A stretch of 64,000 nt of DNA, taken from contig NIVC01000829.1 in assembly GCA_002269645.1 (NCBI GenBank), forward strand, positions 1 through 64,000. Reading direction: 5' to 3'. Shown here in pieces: positions 1-10,511 of the stretch. A model generated the notes under the pieces. It worked only from the letters and a program-made list of their open reading frames with translations. It ran no database searches and was not told the origin of the DNA. A program made the translations under genes and the position numbers. The stretch comes from Macrostomum lignano (lineage: Eukaryota). The stretch's first letter is position 1, and each line of letters begins with the position of its first letter.

Positions 1-1846
1 GGTGAAAGGGAGAGCATTCACTTAAAATGACACATTACCATTCTGCCATTCACTCCTAAGACCATGGAGTGAGGGACAAAAGTATTCCATTCAATTTCGT
101 GGAAAAAGAAATGAAATTTAAAAACAATAAAAAGTAAAACAACAAAGGTATAGCAGTTAAAAAACAGCGCATACATTGTAACTAACAAGTATTACTTGTT
201 ACTTGTTTTTAATAATTCATAGCAGGCTAGCAGCTGGCCTAGCAGTCATTTCATCTGAGTTCAATTCACTCAATTCTTAATGTTTGTCATTAGCAAAACA
301 AATGTCATAATCAAAACTGGAGAACAAGAAACTTTAACTTCAAGTCCGCACAGCAAATATTGTCTATTCACATGTTATATTGTAAATGACATAAAAGTAA
401 ATTGAAATGAAAAATAACAAGATAAAAAAAAAATTACAAGAAGCTCATCTCTTGACATAACAATATTTATGTTAACAAAAACCCGGAATATGGTTTGATA
501 TCTTACCCAAATATGGTTTCTGACTATATGTTTATTAATTGTGGCAATTGACAACTGCAATAGTGTTGCAACACTACTAATCAAAACCATGGACTCCGCG
601 ACTGCGACGCAACACCACCTGTTGAAGACTCCACCGGGATGCAACACTAGACAGCAAGTATCCACTAGACAACAAGTTGCTAGTGCAAATATTTCTTCCA
701 CTAATGCAATAATTGCATTAATGGAGTAGGCCTAATGAATAATCCATGTCATGGCTAGTGTAATAATCTTTGTTTATCCAGGTGCAATAATCCTTGGCTT
801 ATCAAACATAATATTTGATCAATGCTTTTAGGGCTATTTTTATTTTGAATGAAAAAAGCTTTTATAATAAATTCTAATACATTTACCAATCTCCATTGTA
901 TTGTTTATAGAGCTAACTTAAATTTAAACCTTGGTCATTGCTACTAATGTTGCAATAAGGCTTTTAGCTTTTTTAGAATAATTGTACCAAAGACTACTGT
1001 ACTTATATGCCTAAATCTATCTCTATTGACTATTGCATAGGTTAGATCTGCATTAGAACCCCTTTTCTTGTATTTCTATTTTCCCCATATGTACCTTATT
1101 CCTTCCTCTATATATGATTTGCATCTCTTGCTGTGTATCCTACATTTTTCTTTTTAATCTGTTTCTCATATCTCTCTTATAAGTATCCCACACTCCTTTT
1201 CATGTAATCCTACATTCCCTCCTTGCATTATATCATCATAAACATTGCAAGATTGATTTGCACTAGATATTGTCCAAAATGCCTAGTACCAAATGCCTTT
1301 ATGCTACAATCAAAAACCCTTGTCTTTTAAATTTCTAGGAGTTATAGTTTCTTTAGTGATAATCATTTCAAGGCCACCCATTTCAGTGATGGCCTTTGTA
1401 GTGCCAAATGTATATAAAGGCTTTTGATTGTAAGTGCATATATAGCTTGTCTATGATTCTTAATTTGTGTGATTCTTAATTTGGGAAAGTTAAATAAGCT
1501 TTGCTTATTGTAAAACATAAAGATAATATCACAAATTTGAAGCAGAAAAAAACATTAATGATGGCTAGTTAGCTTTAGAAATATGGGTAGCTTTGACAAT
1601 AGCATATAAGTTTCTATATATCTATACCTCTGCTATAAACAATATAATAAACAGGAATACACTATATAGGATACAATAAGGAAACAATAATAAATTGTTA
1701 TTTATGAACTTTAAAAATAGCAAGTAAACACTCAATAGTCTGTATACATTTGGCACCTAAAAACCTGTCATGGCTATCTATAAAGTAATTGGTCTCTATT
1801 TCTAACTGCTAATACAAATGTTTTATTAGTGTTATTATGCCACCAA

Positions 1847-2144
1847 CATACATGCGCAACCTCCAAAATTCGGTCGGCCGTGCGACTTAGTTTTAACAAA
1901 AATGCGACGTAGTTTTTGGCCAAAAATGCAACTTGCATGTAAAAAAAACCGTAAAGCAATATTAACGCAAGTTTGGGTAAACGGCAGGAGTAACTATGAC
2001 TCTCTTATTAAGCCAAAATGCCTCGTCAGCTACTTAGTACTACTACTTGGGTGTTTTTAGGGTGGGAATTTTTGCGACTTCCTTGGTTAGTCGCCAAATC
2101 GGTCGGCTAGATTGGCCAACTCGGCCGACTGTTGCCCATGTATG
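1847..2144. mobile_element. MITE (hAT-like, 8-bp TSD) carrying a 28S rRNA fragment, copy 1
   Basis: TIRs CATACATGCGCAAC / GTTGCCCATGTATG; perfect 8-bp TSD GCCACCAA at 1839-1846 and 2145-2152; no ORF; homologous copy at 7322-7568. Confidence 0.85.
1975..2038 (+). other. 28S rRNA-derived fragment (helix 69 region, R2/I-PpoI target) inside MITE
   Basis: GGGTAAACGGCAGGAGTAACTATGACTCTCTTA...AGCCAAAATGCCTCGTCAGCTACTTAGT matches the recalled conserved 28S core GGGTAAACGGCGGGAGTAACTATGACTCTCTTAAGGTAGCCAAATGCCTCGTCATCTAATTAGT. Confidence 0.9.
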
Positions 2145-2741
2145 GCCACCAAGGTTGTGTAGGGATTTTTATGTTTATTGAAAGTAGTACTATTAGAATT
2201 ATAAACAGCATTTTAGTTCTTATTAGTAGTATCTAATATTTTAAAAAAAAATTTTTTAAGTCTAGCCTAAGAAGAACATTAATAGTAGAATAAATCTTTT
2301 CTTTCTAATTTTTGGTATTACAAAGATTTGAGGATCAAATCACTAATCTCTATATGTTATATAATTCCCCATTTTTTGTTTAGGTAAATCTCTGTCCTTT
2401 TCTTTGAATGTCTTGTTTAGTAACCTTTCCTTAAATCAACATCACATTAAATATATTAAGTATTGTTGGTTTCTGGTCTAGGCATAGGTTGATTATTATT
2501 AAGTTAACTAAAATAAAATATCAAAAACTTAATTTTTCAACTTAAATTTACTTTTGTAGACTATTATACAAAAGATAATCTTATTATTATATAATATATA
2601 ATAAAGCCATATCTGATAGTTATTTTATTATTACTGTGTATACTCGTATTTGATGAAAAAAATTGCTGAAAGCAAATTCAATTAATTTTTCTCAATTATG
2701 TTTCCCTTTTCTAGTAACTCATTAAGTGCCTAGTAGTGAAC

Positions 2742-3922
2742 CCAATCAGGTGTCTTCTAGGTAAACTCAAATAGGAGTCTCTTTTCCAGGTAAACTCAAA
2801 CAGGTGTCTCTTTTCTAGGTAAACTCAAACAGTTGTCTCTTCTCCAGGTAAACTCAAACAGGTATCTCTTTTCCAGGTAAACTCAAACAGGTGTCTCTTT
2901 TCCAGGTAAACTCAAACAGGTGTCTCTTTTCTAGGTAAACTCAAACAGTTGTCTCTTCTCCAGGTAAACTCAAACAGGTATCTCTTTTTTCAGGTAAACT
3001 CAAACAGGTGTCTTTTTTCTAGGTAAACTCAAACAGGTGTCTCTTTTCTAGGTAAACTCAAACAGTTGTCTCTTCTCCAGGTAAACTCAAACAGGTATCT
3101 CTTTTCCAGGTAAACTCAAACAGTTGTCTCTTCTCCAGGTAAACTCAAACAGGTATCTCTTTTCCAGGTAAACTCAAACAGGTATCTCTTTTCCAGGTAA
3201 ACTCAAACAGGTATCTCTTTTCCAGGTAAACTCAAACAGGTGTCTCTTTTCCAGGTAAACTCAAACAGGTGTCTCTTTTCCTGGTAAACTCAAACAGGTG
3301 TCTCTTTTCCTGGTAAACTCAAACAGGTGTCTCTTTTCCAGGTAAACTCAAACAGGTGTCTCTTTTCCTGGTAAACTCAAACAGGTGTCTCTTTTCCAGG
3401 TAAATTCAAACAGGTGTCTCTTTTCCAGGTAAACTCAAACAGGTGTCTCTTTTCCAGGTAAACTCAAACAGGAGTCTCTTTTCCAGGTAAACTCAATCAG
3501 ATGTCTCTTCTAGGTTAACTCAATAAGGTGTCTCTTCCAGGTAAACTCAATCAAGTGGCTCTATTCCAGGAAAGCTCAATGAGATGTCTCTTTTGGGTAA
3601 ACTCAATCAGGTGCCTCTTCCGGGTAAACTCAATCAGGTGCCTCTTCCGGGTAAACTCAATCAGGTGCCTCTTCCGGGTAAACTCAATCAGGTGCCTCTT
3701 CCGGGTAAACTCAATCAGGTGCCTCTTCCGGGTAAACTCAATCAGGTGCCTCTTCCGGGTAAACTCAATCAGGTGCCTCTTCCGGGTAAACTCAATCAGG
3801 TGCCTCTTCCGGGTAAACTCAATCAGGTGCCTCTTCCAGGTAAACTTAATCATGCGTCTTCTCTTCTACTACTAAATTCAATTACGAATTCTCTTTTCTA
3901 GATAATGAGGTAACTCAATCAG
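2742..3922. repeat. Minisatellite, roughly 40 units: 29-bp units (CCAGGTAAACTCAAACAGGTGTCTCTTTT) grading into 27-bp units (CCGGGTAAACTCAATCAGGTGCCTCTT)
   Basis: Period read directly from the sequence (29 bp at 3251-3279; 27 bp at 3601-3627); degenerate units at both ends; no spacers. Confidence 0.95.
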
Positions 3923-3996
3923 TTACTTTACCTATGGGTGACTAACACCGACTTCCCATCACTGACAATGATCCCTCCTTCAAATCCCCTGCACAG

Positions 3997-4415
3997 TTCA
4001 ACCGCCCCGCGCTGGCGTAGTGACCCGTTGCGATGACGCTACTGAGGCTGTGCCTCTGTGCCCGGAGCTGCGGCTCTGCCTGAAGCCAGCCGCCTGTTTA
4101 GGCATCGCAGTGGACCTGCCCCAGCTCACCGACAAATGCCGCTCTATCTCCAACTGGGAGGTGATGGAGCAGCTGCGATCGATGGCTAAGCCTCATCAGC
4201 TCAGCCACCTGCGCGTCCAGACATCCAGTTTGTCCGTGATTCGACTCGATTGCGAATTGCCCAATCGCCGAGCTCTGGCCGGAGCTGTCAAACAGCTGGA
4301 CGGGGGCCGAATTAAACTGGCCGGATTTTCTGACTTCTTGAGAGTGCGGGCTGTGCAATTAAAGCCGCCGTGTCCTACCAAATACGATTGGGAAGCGTTC
4401 TTTAGGGACGCCGAG
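3997..4415 (+). CDS. AKAP17A: A-kinase anchor protein 17A / XE7 splicing factor orthologue, first large coding exon
   Basis: Translation DATEAVPLCPELRLCLKP..LPQL..SISNWEVMEQL..LDG..IKLAGFSDFLRVRA..PTKYDWEAFFRDA matches the recalled AKAP17A N-terminus; acceptor CCCCTGCACAG ends at 3996, donor GTGAGT at 4416; possible ATG-G micro-exon at 3934-3937. Confidence 0.9.
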
Positions 4416-4603
4416 GTGAGTATTCGGGCATGTAATTATGGCTTTAATTTATTTATTTTTAGTGAGCAATAGCCATTCATATAGGAAAATGTAATCAAAA
4501 AGTACTCCAAAGGGTTTCTATGATATGGACGAGAAGCAGCGTTAATCTGTGAGGTCAAGGCCCTTGAAAAGTTTTGTCTTTTTGAGTCACTGCAATGTTT
4601 TAC

Positions 4604-4927
4604 AATCAATAATAACAATTGATTACGCCTGCCCTAATGGGCAGATGTGCAACCGACCGCTCAGCCGCAGCCATTGCGCGGTGCATCTGAAGGCTGCGTA
4701 CGGCTGTTCAGTACAAGGACTGAAGGGTCGCCACACACATCCCCCAGCTAATGCTGGCACCCATTTTACAGCTGGGTGAACTGAAGCAATGCAGAGTTAA
4801 GTGTCTTGCTCAAGGACGCAAATTGTTCCAGTGGGATCGGGAATCGAACCTCGGACCTTTCAATCGTGAGACTTCTTCTTCTTCAGACTTCTTCAGTCGA
4901 CGCTCTTCTAACCACTTGACCACAACC
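4604..4927 (-). mobile_element. tRNA-derived SINE family A (CORE-like central domain), copy 1
   Basis: Minus strand: tRNA-like head with B box GGTTCGATTCC, then CTTGAGCAAGACACTTAAC...CAGCTGTAAAATGGG, then an (AAT)-rich tail; homologous copy at 9315-9623; ends approximate. Confidence 0.75.
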
Positions 4928-5987
4928 TTATTGTCATGTGAGGATGAGCCAAAAAACATGGGTGTCAAACTTAACCCTAACATGAAGCGCTAAAGTTACT
5001 GGACCCCTTGGATCCCTTATGCCTAGAGATTAAAAGTTAAAACGCATTTTTTGGGGCTTTCTTTCAGCCATTATCAGCAGGTCTAGAAGCAGCACTAGCT
5101 GTAGCGCCACTGTTTTATCGGTCAGTCGACTTTAGGTGTTTTTTTCGTAGAGCTCTCTCTCCATGTGTTTTCTCTTAAGCTCGGCTAATTCTTATCGCCA
5201 TATCTCGTACCAGGCGGTCGTCAAGCGTTCAATTGAGCTCCTTTATCTCGGTCTGATTCAAAGTTTATGCCGGCTGGATCTTTTTATAAATCAGAATCAC
5301 ATTGTCTTTTTGTTGTATCCTGGGTCTGAATTTAGGATTCCAAAAAGTGAAAACCTGCTGGATGTCACATTGTGTAAAAGTCCTTACGCTTGACATTTGT
5401 AAGCCTCAACCTAAAAATCCCAAGCAATCACGAAACTATATTAATGTTTCATAAAATACGAGTACAAACTACAGATAATAAGGAACTTGAAAATAAAAGC
5501 CTTGAATTTCGTCATTTTTCTTCGCCCGAGTTGAGCTGTTCTGATGCCTTATTCCGAATATAAACCCTTTTATGAACGCTTTGGTAGCATTGAGACAATA
5601 AATTGCGAGTCAAATTCGCCAAAGATGTCCCAGATTCGATTCTCTGCCATTCAAGGCTTGCGAAACATTGGCGTGGATATTGCTTGATGCGATTCTTGCA
5701 CAGAAAGTGTACATTCTTGACGATGAAAAATTCGATCAGGACCATTATGTGAACTGTGCCTGCGTCTGTCGCAAGAGGTCGTTATCGTAAACTTGAAATA
5801 ACATAGCGCCGAAAATTCTAGCAAAATATGATTTTCTATGTTATGATATTTCTGGTTTATGATGGTAAGTGGCTTTTGATGTTGTGATTTTTCGGGTATC
5901 GGGTTTCTGAAGCCCCCATACCCAACTCGCAAAGGATAAACTATAAGTATGGTCAATGTTTACTTTGCTTTCCAAATACGTCAACAG

Positions 5988-6389
5988 GGTCTGGACGCCA
6001 TGGAGCCAGGCGAACGACCGGACACAGTTCGTATTGGCCAATTGCCCTGCTCATGGTTCTCAGACGATGTCCCAGGCCTCTCAGCAGGTCAATCGCAACA
6101 AATTCCTGAGCCGAGTGGTGCTTCAGTCGATCTGCCAACTGAATCGGCTGTTCGATCGGCTTTCGAATCGTTTGGCGCTGTTCGACGAATTGATATTCCA
6201 TTGTTGAATTCGGAATCTGGTTCGGCTTCTGTTGCTTCTGCTGCTGCTACTGCTGCCGCTGCTCCGGGTCCTCTGGGCCGGTTCGAAGCTTTCGTCCAGT
6301 TTGTCGATTGCGCCGGATTCGAGCGGTGCATGACCGCGCTTCGTGGTGCCAAACTGCTGCTGCTGCTGATGCCGGCACAGCTCGGTTCG
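5988..6389 (+). CDS. AKAP17A: AKAP17A coding exon (RRM-like region)
   Basis: GERPDTVRIGQLPCSWF..AFESFGAVRRIDIPLL..FEAFVQF..GFERCMTALRGAKL; acceptor TCAACAG ends at 5987, donor GTGAGG at 6390; phase 0 at both ends, compatible with the neighbouring exons. Confidence 0.9.
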
Positions 6390-6694
6390 GTGAGGGCTTT
6401 TCTGAGTAGCGAAATATTTTGTTATGTTATGTTTGGGTGTCCTTCCTTGGTCTTCTGGACATTCTCACTACTGTGTCCCTTGTTCTGATGATGCAATCAC
6501 AAGATTATATTTATGATATTCCAAGTACGAAGTTTCAATTAGCTTAAGTTTGTTATAAGTTTCTGTTGTTTGGGGCGAACCGATAGTTTGATCTGTTCTA
6601 AGGAGAGGATCGGTTATCCTTTCATGGCGTTTGAAGTATCTATTTTTCTTATCTGGGTGGTTTAGTTAGGTTCGGACAATCTATTCGAATCAAA

Positions 6695-7060
6695 AGGGGG
6701 GCCGTAGCCCAGCGGTAGCGCAGCTGCTCTGGTGTGCCAGCGACCCAGGCTCGATTCCAAGTGCAGTCACATTAATTTGGGGCTGAATTGGAATCTCGGC
6801 TTGGCTCTGCTCGTGCAATTAACGGCCTTGAGAGCCAACCCCCCAAGGCGCAGTGAAGTGTACATGCCTAACGATAATATAAAGTTAGGGCCGCTGTACA
6901 CTCCTGTGTGAGTGTGTGCCTGCGTACGTATCCGCGCGCTTGTATGCCTGCTCAGGGGAGTCGGCGGAATGGGCAGTAATGCCTCTCGTCGGTTGTGTGC
7001 CCATGTCGCTTAAAGTGCGCCAGGGTTCACACAACCCCCCCTGCCTCTAATAAAAAAAAA
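6695..7060 (+). mobile_element. tRNA-derived SINE family B, copy 1
   Basis: Head GGGGGCCGTAGCCCAGCGGTAGCG..GGCTCGATTCC (A/B boxes); AATAAA plus poly-A tail; TSD TTCGAATCAAA at 6684-6694 and 7061-7071; near-identical copies at 13296 and 29058. Confidence 0.9.
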
Positions 7061-7321
7061 TTCGAATCAAAGAATAGCGAGAGTGAAAGAGGCAAATGTT
7101 CGAGCCAGGAAGATCTTTGCTTGGTTGAAACAAGGATTTATACATTATTCTTTTGTTTTTCGCATTGAGTAATGATTTAGATGGTACAGGTCTACTTATC
7201 ATTATTGAGGCTGGGGTCGTGTCCTCAGCTTTTGCTTGTTGAAGCGAATTACTAAGTTAAAAGCAAAGATTGTCTCTTAAGCCTGCAAAGCATACAGAAC
7301 AACGTTACCGTGACAAGAATC

Positions 7322-7568
7322 CATACATGCGCAACCCCCCTGATTTACACTGGCCATGCGACTTACCAAGTTACCTGTAAAAGAAACCTAACGCAATTTC
7401 GGGTAAACGGCAGGAGTAACTATGACTGTCTTATAAGGGCTAAATGCTTCGTCATCTAATTAGTACTACGTCTATTTTTTAGGCTGGGCATTTTTGTGAC
7501 CTACCCCTGGTCCACCGCAATTTACAATGGCCAGATCGGCCAGGTTGGCCAGCATTTGCGCATGTATG
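7322..7568. mobile_element. MITE (hAT-like, 8-bp TSD) carrying a 28S rRNA fragment, copy 2
   Basis: TIRs CATACATGCGCAA / TTGCGCATGTATG; perfect TSD CAAGAATC at 7314-7321 and 7569-7576. Confidence 0.85.
7401..7464 (+). other. 28S rRNA-derived fragment inside MITE copy 2
   Basis: GGGTAAACGGCAGGAGTAACTATGACTGTCTTATAAGGGCTAAATGCTTCGTCATCTAATTAGT closely matches the 28S core around the R2 site. Confidence 0.9.
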
Positions 7569-8395
7569 CAAGAATCGCTAGAGCCATTGCACACACCTCA
7601 CCAATGACTGTAGTGACTCTAATGCGACTCTTTAAAGACTCAAGCGACTGCAATGCGACAGAGAGGCAACTGTTGAGTCCCGAACGCATGATGTGAACTG
7701 CAAAATCTTTAGAGTTACAAAAAAGTTGTTAAGAGTCGTTGTGTATAGCGCTTAACTGTCTACTTAACTGAAGTAGAATAAATAGAGTTGTTATAAATAT
7801 CAATGCGAAATACGTTTATTTCATACAGCTGCACATATGCACGTCGGACGCAACTCAGCGACTCTTGCACGCTTTGGATACAATTCTTCGGCCCCAAAGT
7901 CATTGTAGAGTCGCAGACAATAAAAGCAAAGCCTGAAATTGACACTTTGACGACTTTTTGGCGACTTGTACCGTGACATATCGTTGGTATAGAGTCGTCT
8001 AGAGTCCTATTCCTATTTTATACCTGTGTTACCTTCAACGACTCTCAAACGGCTTCTTGGCCAGGTACCGTTTTCATCGGGATCGGGTATACAAGTGTGA
8101 AATACGTCCACAATATGTGGATAACAGACACGTACTCATACAATGGTATAAAGCGGCACTTTGACTTTGACCTTTTAAATCGTCACACTTGTGGGGGGAG
8201 GCTGGCTGATGTGTGTAAATAACACGAAAACCTGGTCAATTTTCATTTTCATTTCAATAGTCAGTTGCTCGTGGCGGAATTTTAAACCTTTTAGGCATCT
8301 TTTTAGTTTTAGAATCTATCATCTAAGGTTACATAGTTTGTTTGATGTAACCTTAACGACTTAATGTGTTTTATAATTTATTTATAATAACGCAG

Positions 8396-8836
8396 TCCGA
8401 CGGTTCGTCATCCGCCCCCGCGGCGCTGTCGGTTCTGCCAACTCTCGACTTCGACCGAACCGGCCGCCTCTCACTTCGCTCCATTCGTCGTCGAGAAGCC
8501 GCCCGACGTCGAGCCGAGGCGGCCGCCGAACTTGAGCGTCGCCGGCGCGATCGGGAACGGCGCCGTTTGGAGCGCGCCGCTGAGCGCGCTGCCGAGAGGC
8601 AACGTCGAGCCGAGGAGGCGGCTCTGGCGGCGCGAATTGCCGCCGAGGAGCGTCGCATTGTGGCCGCTCAACGCAAGCTGGAGAGCATCCGACTGCTGTC
8701 GGAATTATTCCGACGACTGCGCGACGAACGTCGACGCAAAGAGCTGGAGAAGCGAGAGGCCCGCCTGCGGCGAAGTCTGCTCAAGCGGAGGCGCCAGGAG
8801 ATGCCGCTGGCTGGCGCTGCTGTAGAGGATACCTAG
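8396..8836 (+). CDS. AKAP17A: AKAP17A last coding exon (R/E-rich coiled coil)
   Basis: LDFDRTGRLSLRSIRRR and EERRIVAAQRKLESIRLLSELFRR match recalled AKAP17A motifs (VSFDSTKHLSDASIKKR; EERKLLLAQRNLQSIRLIAELL); acceptor ACGCAG ends at 8395; TAG stop at 8834-8836. Confidence 0.85.
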   Translation, partial: SDGSSSAPAALSVLPTLDFDRTGRLSLRSIRRREAARRRAEAAAELERRRRDRERRRLERAAERAAERQRRAEEAALAARIAAEERRIVAAQRKLESIRLLSELFRRLRDERRRKELEKREARLRRSLLKRRRQEMPLAGAAVEDT

Positions 8837-9314
8837 GATGCTAGTTCGAGTTTTTTTTATCTTACTACCTACAGTAGCTAGTTACCGTAGAAATGTGTCT
8901 TGTGTGTTGAATGACTGAAATGTTTTATACGCTGATACGAGTGTAATGTGATTTTGGAAAACTGCTGTTGGTAAGTAACTGAGGATTAAATGTCCTGAAA
9001 CTTTAATCATTTAATATTCAACTTTTGTCTGCTTAGATTTCGTATTTATTTCTTTGCATTTGATATCAATTTTGCGTTTTTCCCTTGTCTTTTGTGTTGT
9101 ACATGTGTATATAATGATAATAAACTGGTAGTTGTTAAACATCAATAGTTGTCGTAGCTTTGGAGCTTTGGTTTTACTTTATTTTCTTTAATTTAAAATC
9201 ATTTAGATTTTTTAGTGAAAGTCTATGATGGCTTTTTGACTCCAGGCTTCATTGTATAGGCAAAAAAGTAAGTAATAGGATTTTTCTAGAAAGCCCTGCA
9301 ACTTGCAACTGTAA

Positions 9315-9623
9315 TAATAAATCATAGTAATAATACGAGCTGGATTGCACCTGCCCCAATGGCACAGCTCAGCCGCAGCTATTGCGCGGCGCATCTGAAG
9401 GCTGCGTACGGCTGTTCAGTCCAAGGACTGGGGGGGGGTCGCCACACACACAGCCTCAATTACCCCAGCTAATGCTGGCACCCATTTTACAGCTGGGTGA
9501 ACTGAAGCAATGCAGAGTTAAGTGGTCTCGCTCAAGGACGCAAATTGTTCCAGTGGGATCGGGAATCGAACCCCAAACCTTCAAGTCGTGAGTCCGACGC
9601 TCTAACCACTAGGCTACAACCCC
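9315..9623 (-). mobile_element. tRNA-derived SINE family A, copy 2
   Basis: Minus-strand head GGGGTTGTAGCCTAGTGGTTAGAGCGTC..GGTTCGATTCCC; CORE-like middle; TSD CTGTAA at 9309-9314 and 9624-9629. Confidence 0.8.
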
Positions 9624-10511
9624 CTGTAAGTTTCTTAATAAAAATTGATGTGTTTAAAGCAGAAAAGTATTGACCCCTCAACTCAGCTTTCTAGTTTAAC
9701 AAACCAGCAACTCGTCCAGCCGCGACCTGTTTACATTTTTCGCGAGGATATTTAAGGCTTGTGTACAAAAACTGTCCAATCATGAGGGGCAGCCCCCGAG
9801 GCAACGAGTGTGCATGCCTTGGATGATCTAAAATTCAAGGTGTGACCGCGTGTGAGCGCGTGTCTGAGTATAGTATGTGCTGAGGAGTTAGCAGAACTGC
9901 CTATGCAATATTGTAATTAAATATGACATCTCAACAATTCCCTGAGCATTGACATCTCAGTAATTTCTCCTTTGGCCTGGGTATCTCATCGGCACTCCCC
10001 TTGTGGTTGTGGCAACGGCTGCATCTGTTTTGTAGATTTTGAAATGCTTGTTCACTGTTTGTGGAGGCCGCAACTTCCATCCACAACGGCAAACCATGTT
10101 TTTCCGAAAAATACATTACGGAGATAGTAGGTTTTCATTTTTCAGCACAAAGTTGTTATTGCTTTTGATAAGAGGCAAATCTAATGTTTATCTTTATATG
10201 CCTTGCCTTTCTTATATCTCTATTGATATAGAGATTTTTGTTTATAAAATTAGGATTCCATGTTAATTTTATATGCTGCGTTTTATAGTACATGTCCTGT
10301 GTCTAAAAAAACAATAAAAATGGCACGGCTCGGCTAATGGGTTTTTTGAATCTATTTTTCCAAGAAACGATGTTTCCCGTCCTACTTGAGTAGTCCTTAC
10401 GTCACCCTGTGTTTTCACAGCAACTCAGAGTTAATATCTTTTCTTCAGAGTCGCTTTATTAATATTAGAAATACTATAAACATTTCTTTTTAAGATTACG
10501 AGCCGAAAACA

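Noticed and set aside
541-729. First exon of AKAP17A or a small gene
   Set aside because: No recognisable similarity, weak donor, and short internal repeats
1975-2038. Functional rRNA gene
   Set aside because: Only ~64 nt, mutated, and enclosed in a MITE with a TSD
3528-3901. ORFs with 9-aa repeats (PLPGKLNQV, RCLFRVNSI, KRHLIEFTR)
   Set aside because: By-products of a 27-bp stop-free repeat unit, open in several frames on both strands
2742-3922. CRISPR array
   Set aside because: Repeats are contiguous with no unique spacers, there are no cas genes, and the context is eukaryotic
5512-5956. Transposase fragment in an AKAP17A intron
   Set aside because: Only a vague resemblance to hAT N-terminal motifs; no TIR or TSD found
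7590-8200. Another MITE (many GACTC/GCGAC motifs; 10-bp inverted ACAAGTGTGA)
   Set aside because: Could not define consistent TIRs or a TSD
9550-9623. tRNA gene (also the heads at 4860-4927, 6695-6770, 13580-13650 and 29058-29140)
   Set aside because: tRNA-like A/B boxes are the 5' heads of repeated SINEs with tails and, in most copies, TSDs; cloverleaf not convincing
9931-10116. Rab-like GTPase C-terminal fragment (FSEKHGLPLWMEVAAS..EQAF)
   Set aside because: The ETSAK motif is not conserved, there is an upstream in-frame stop, and no other G boxes are nearby
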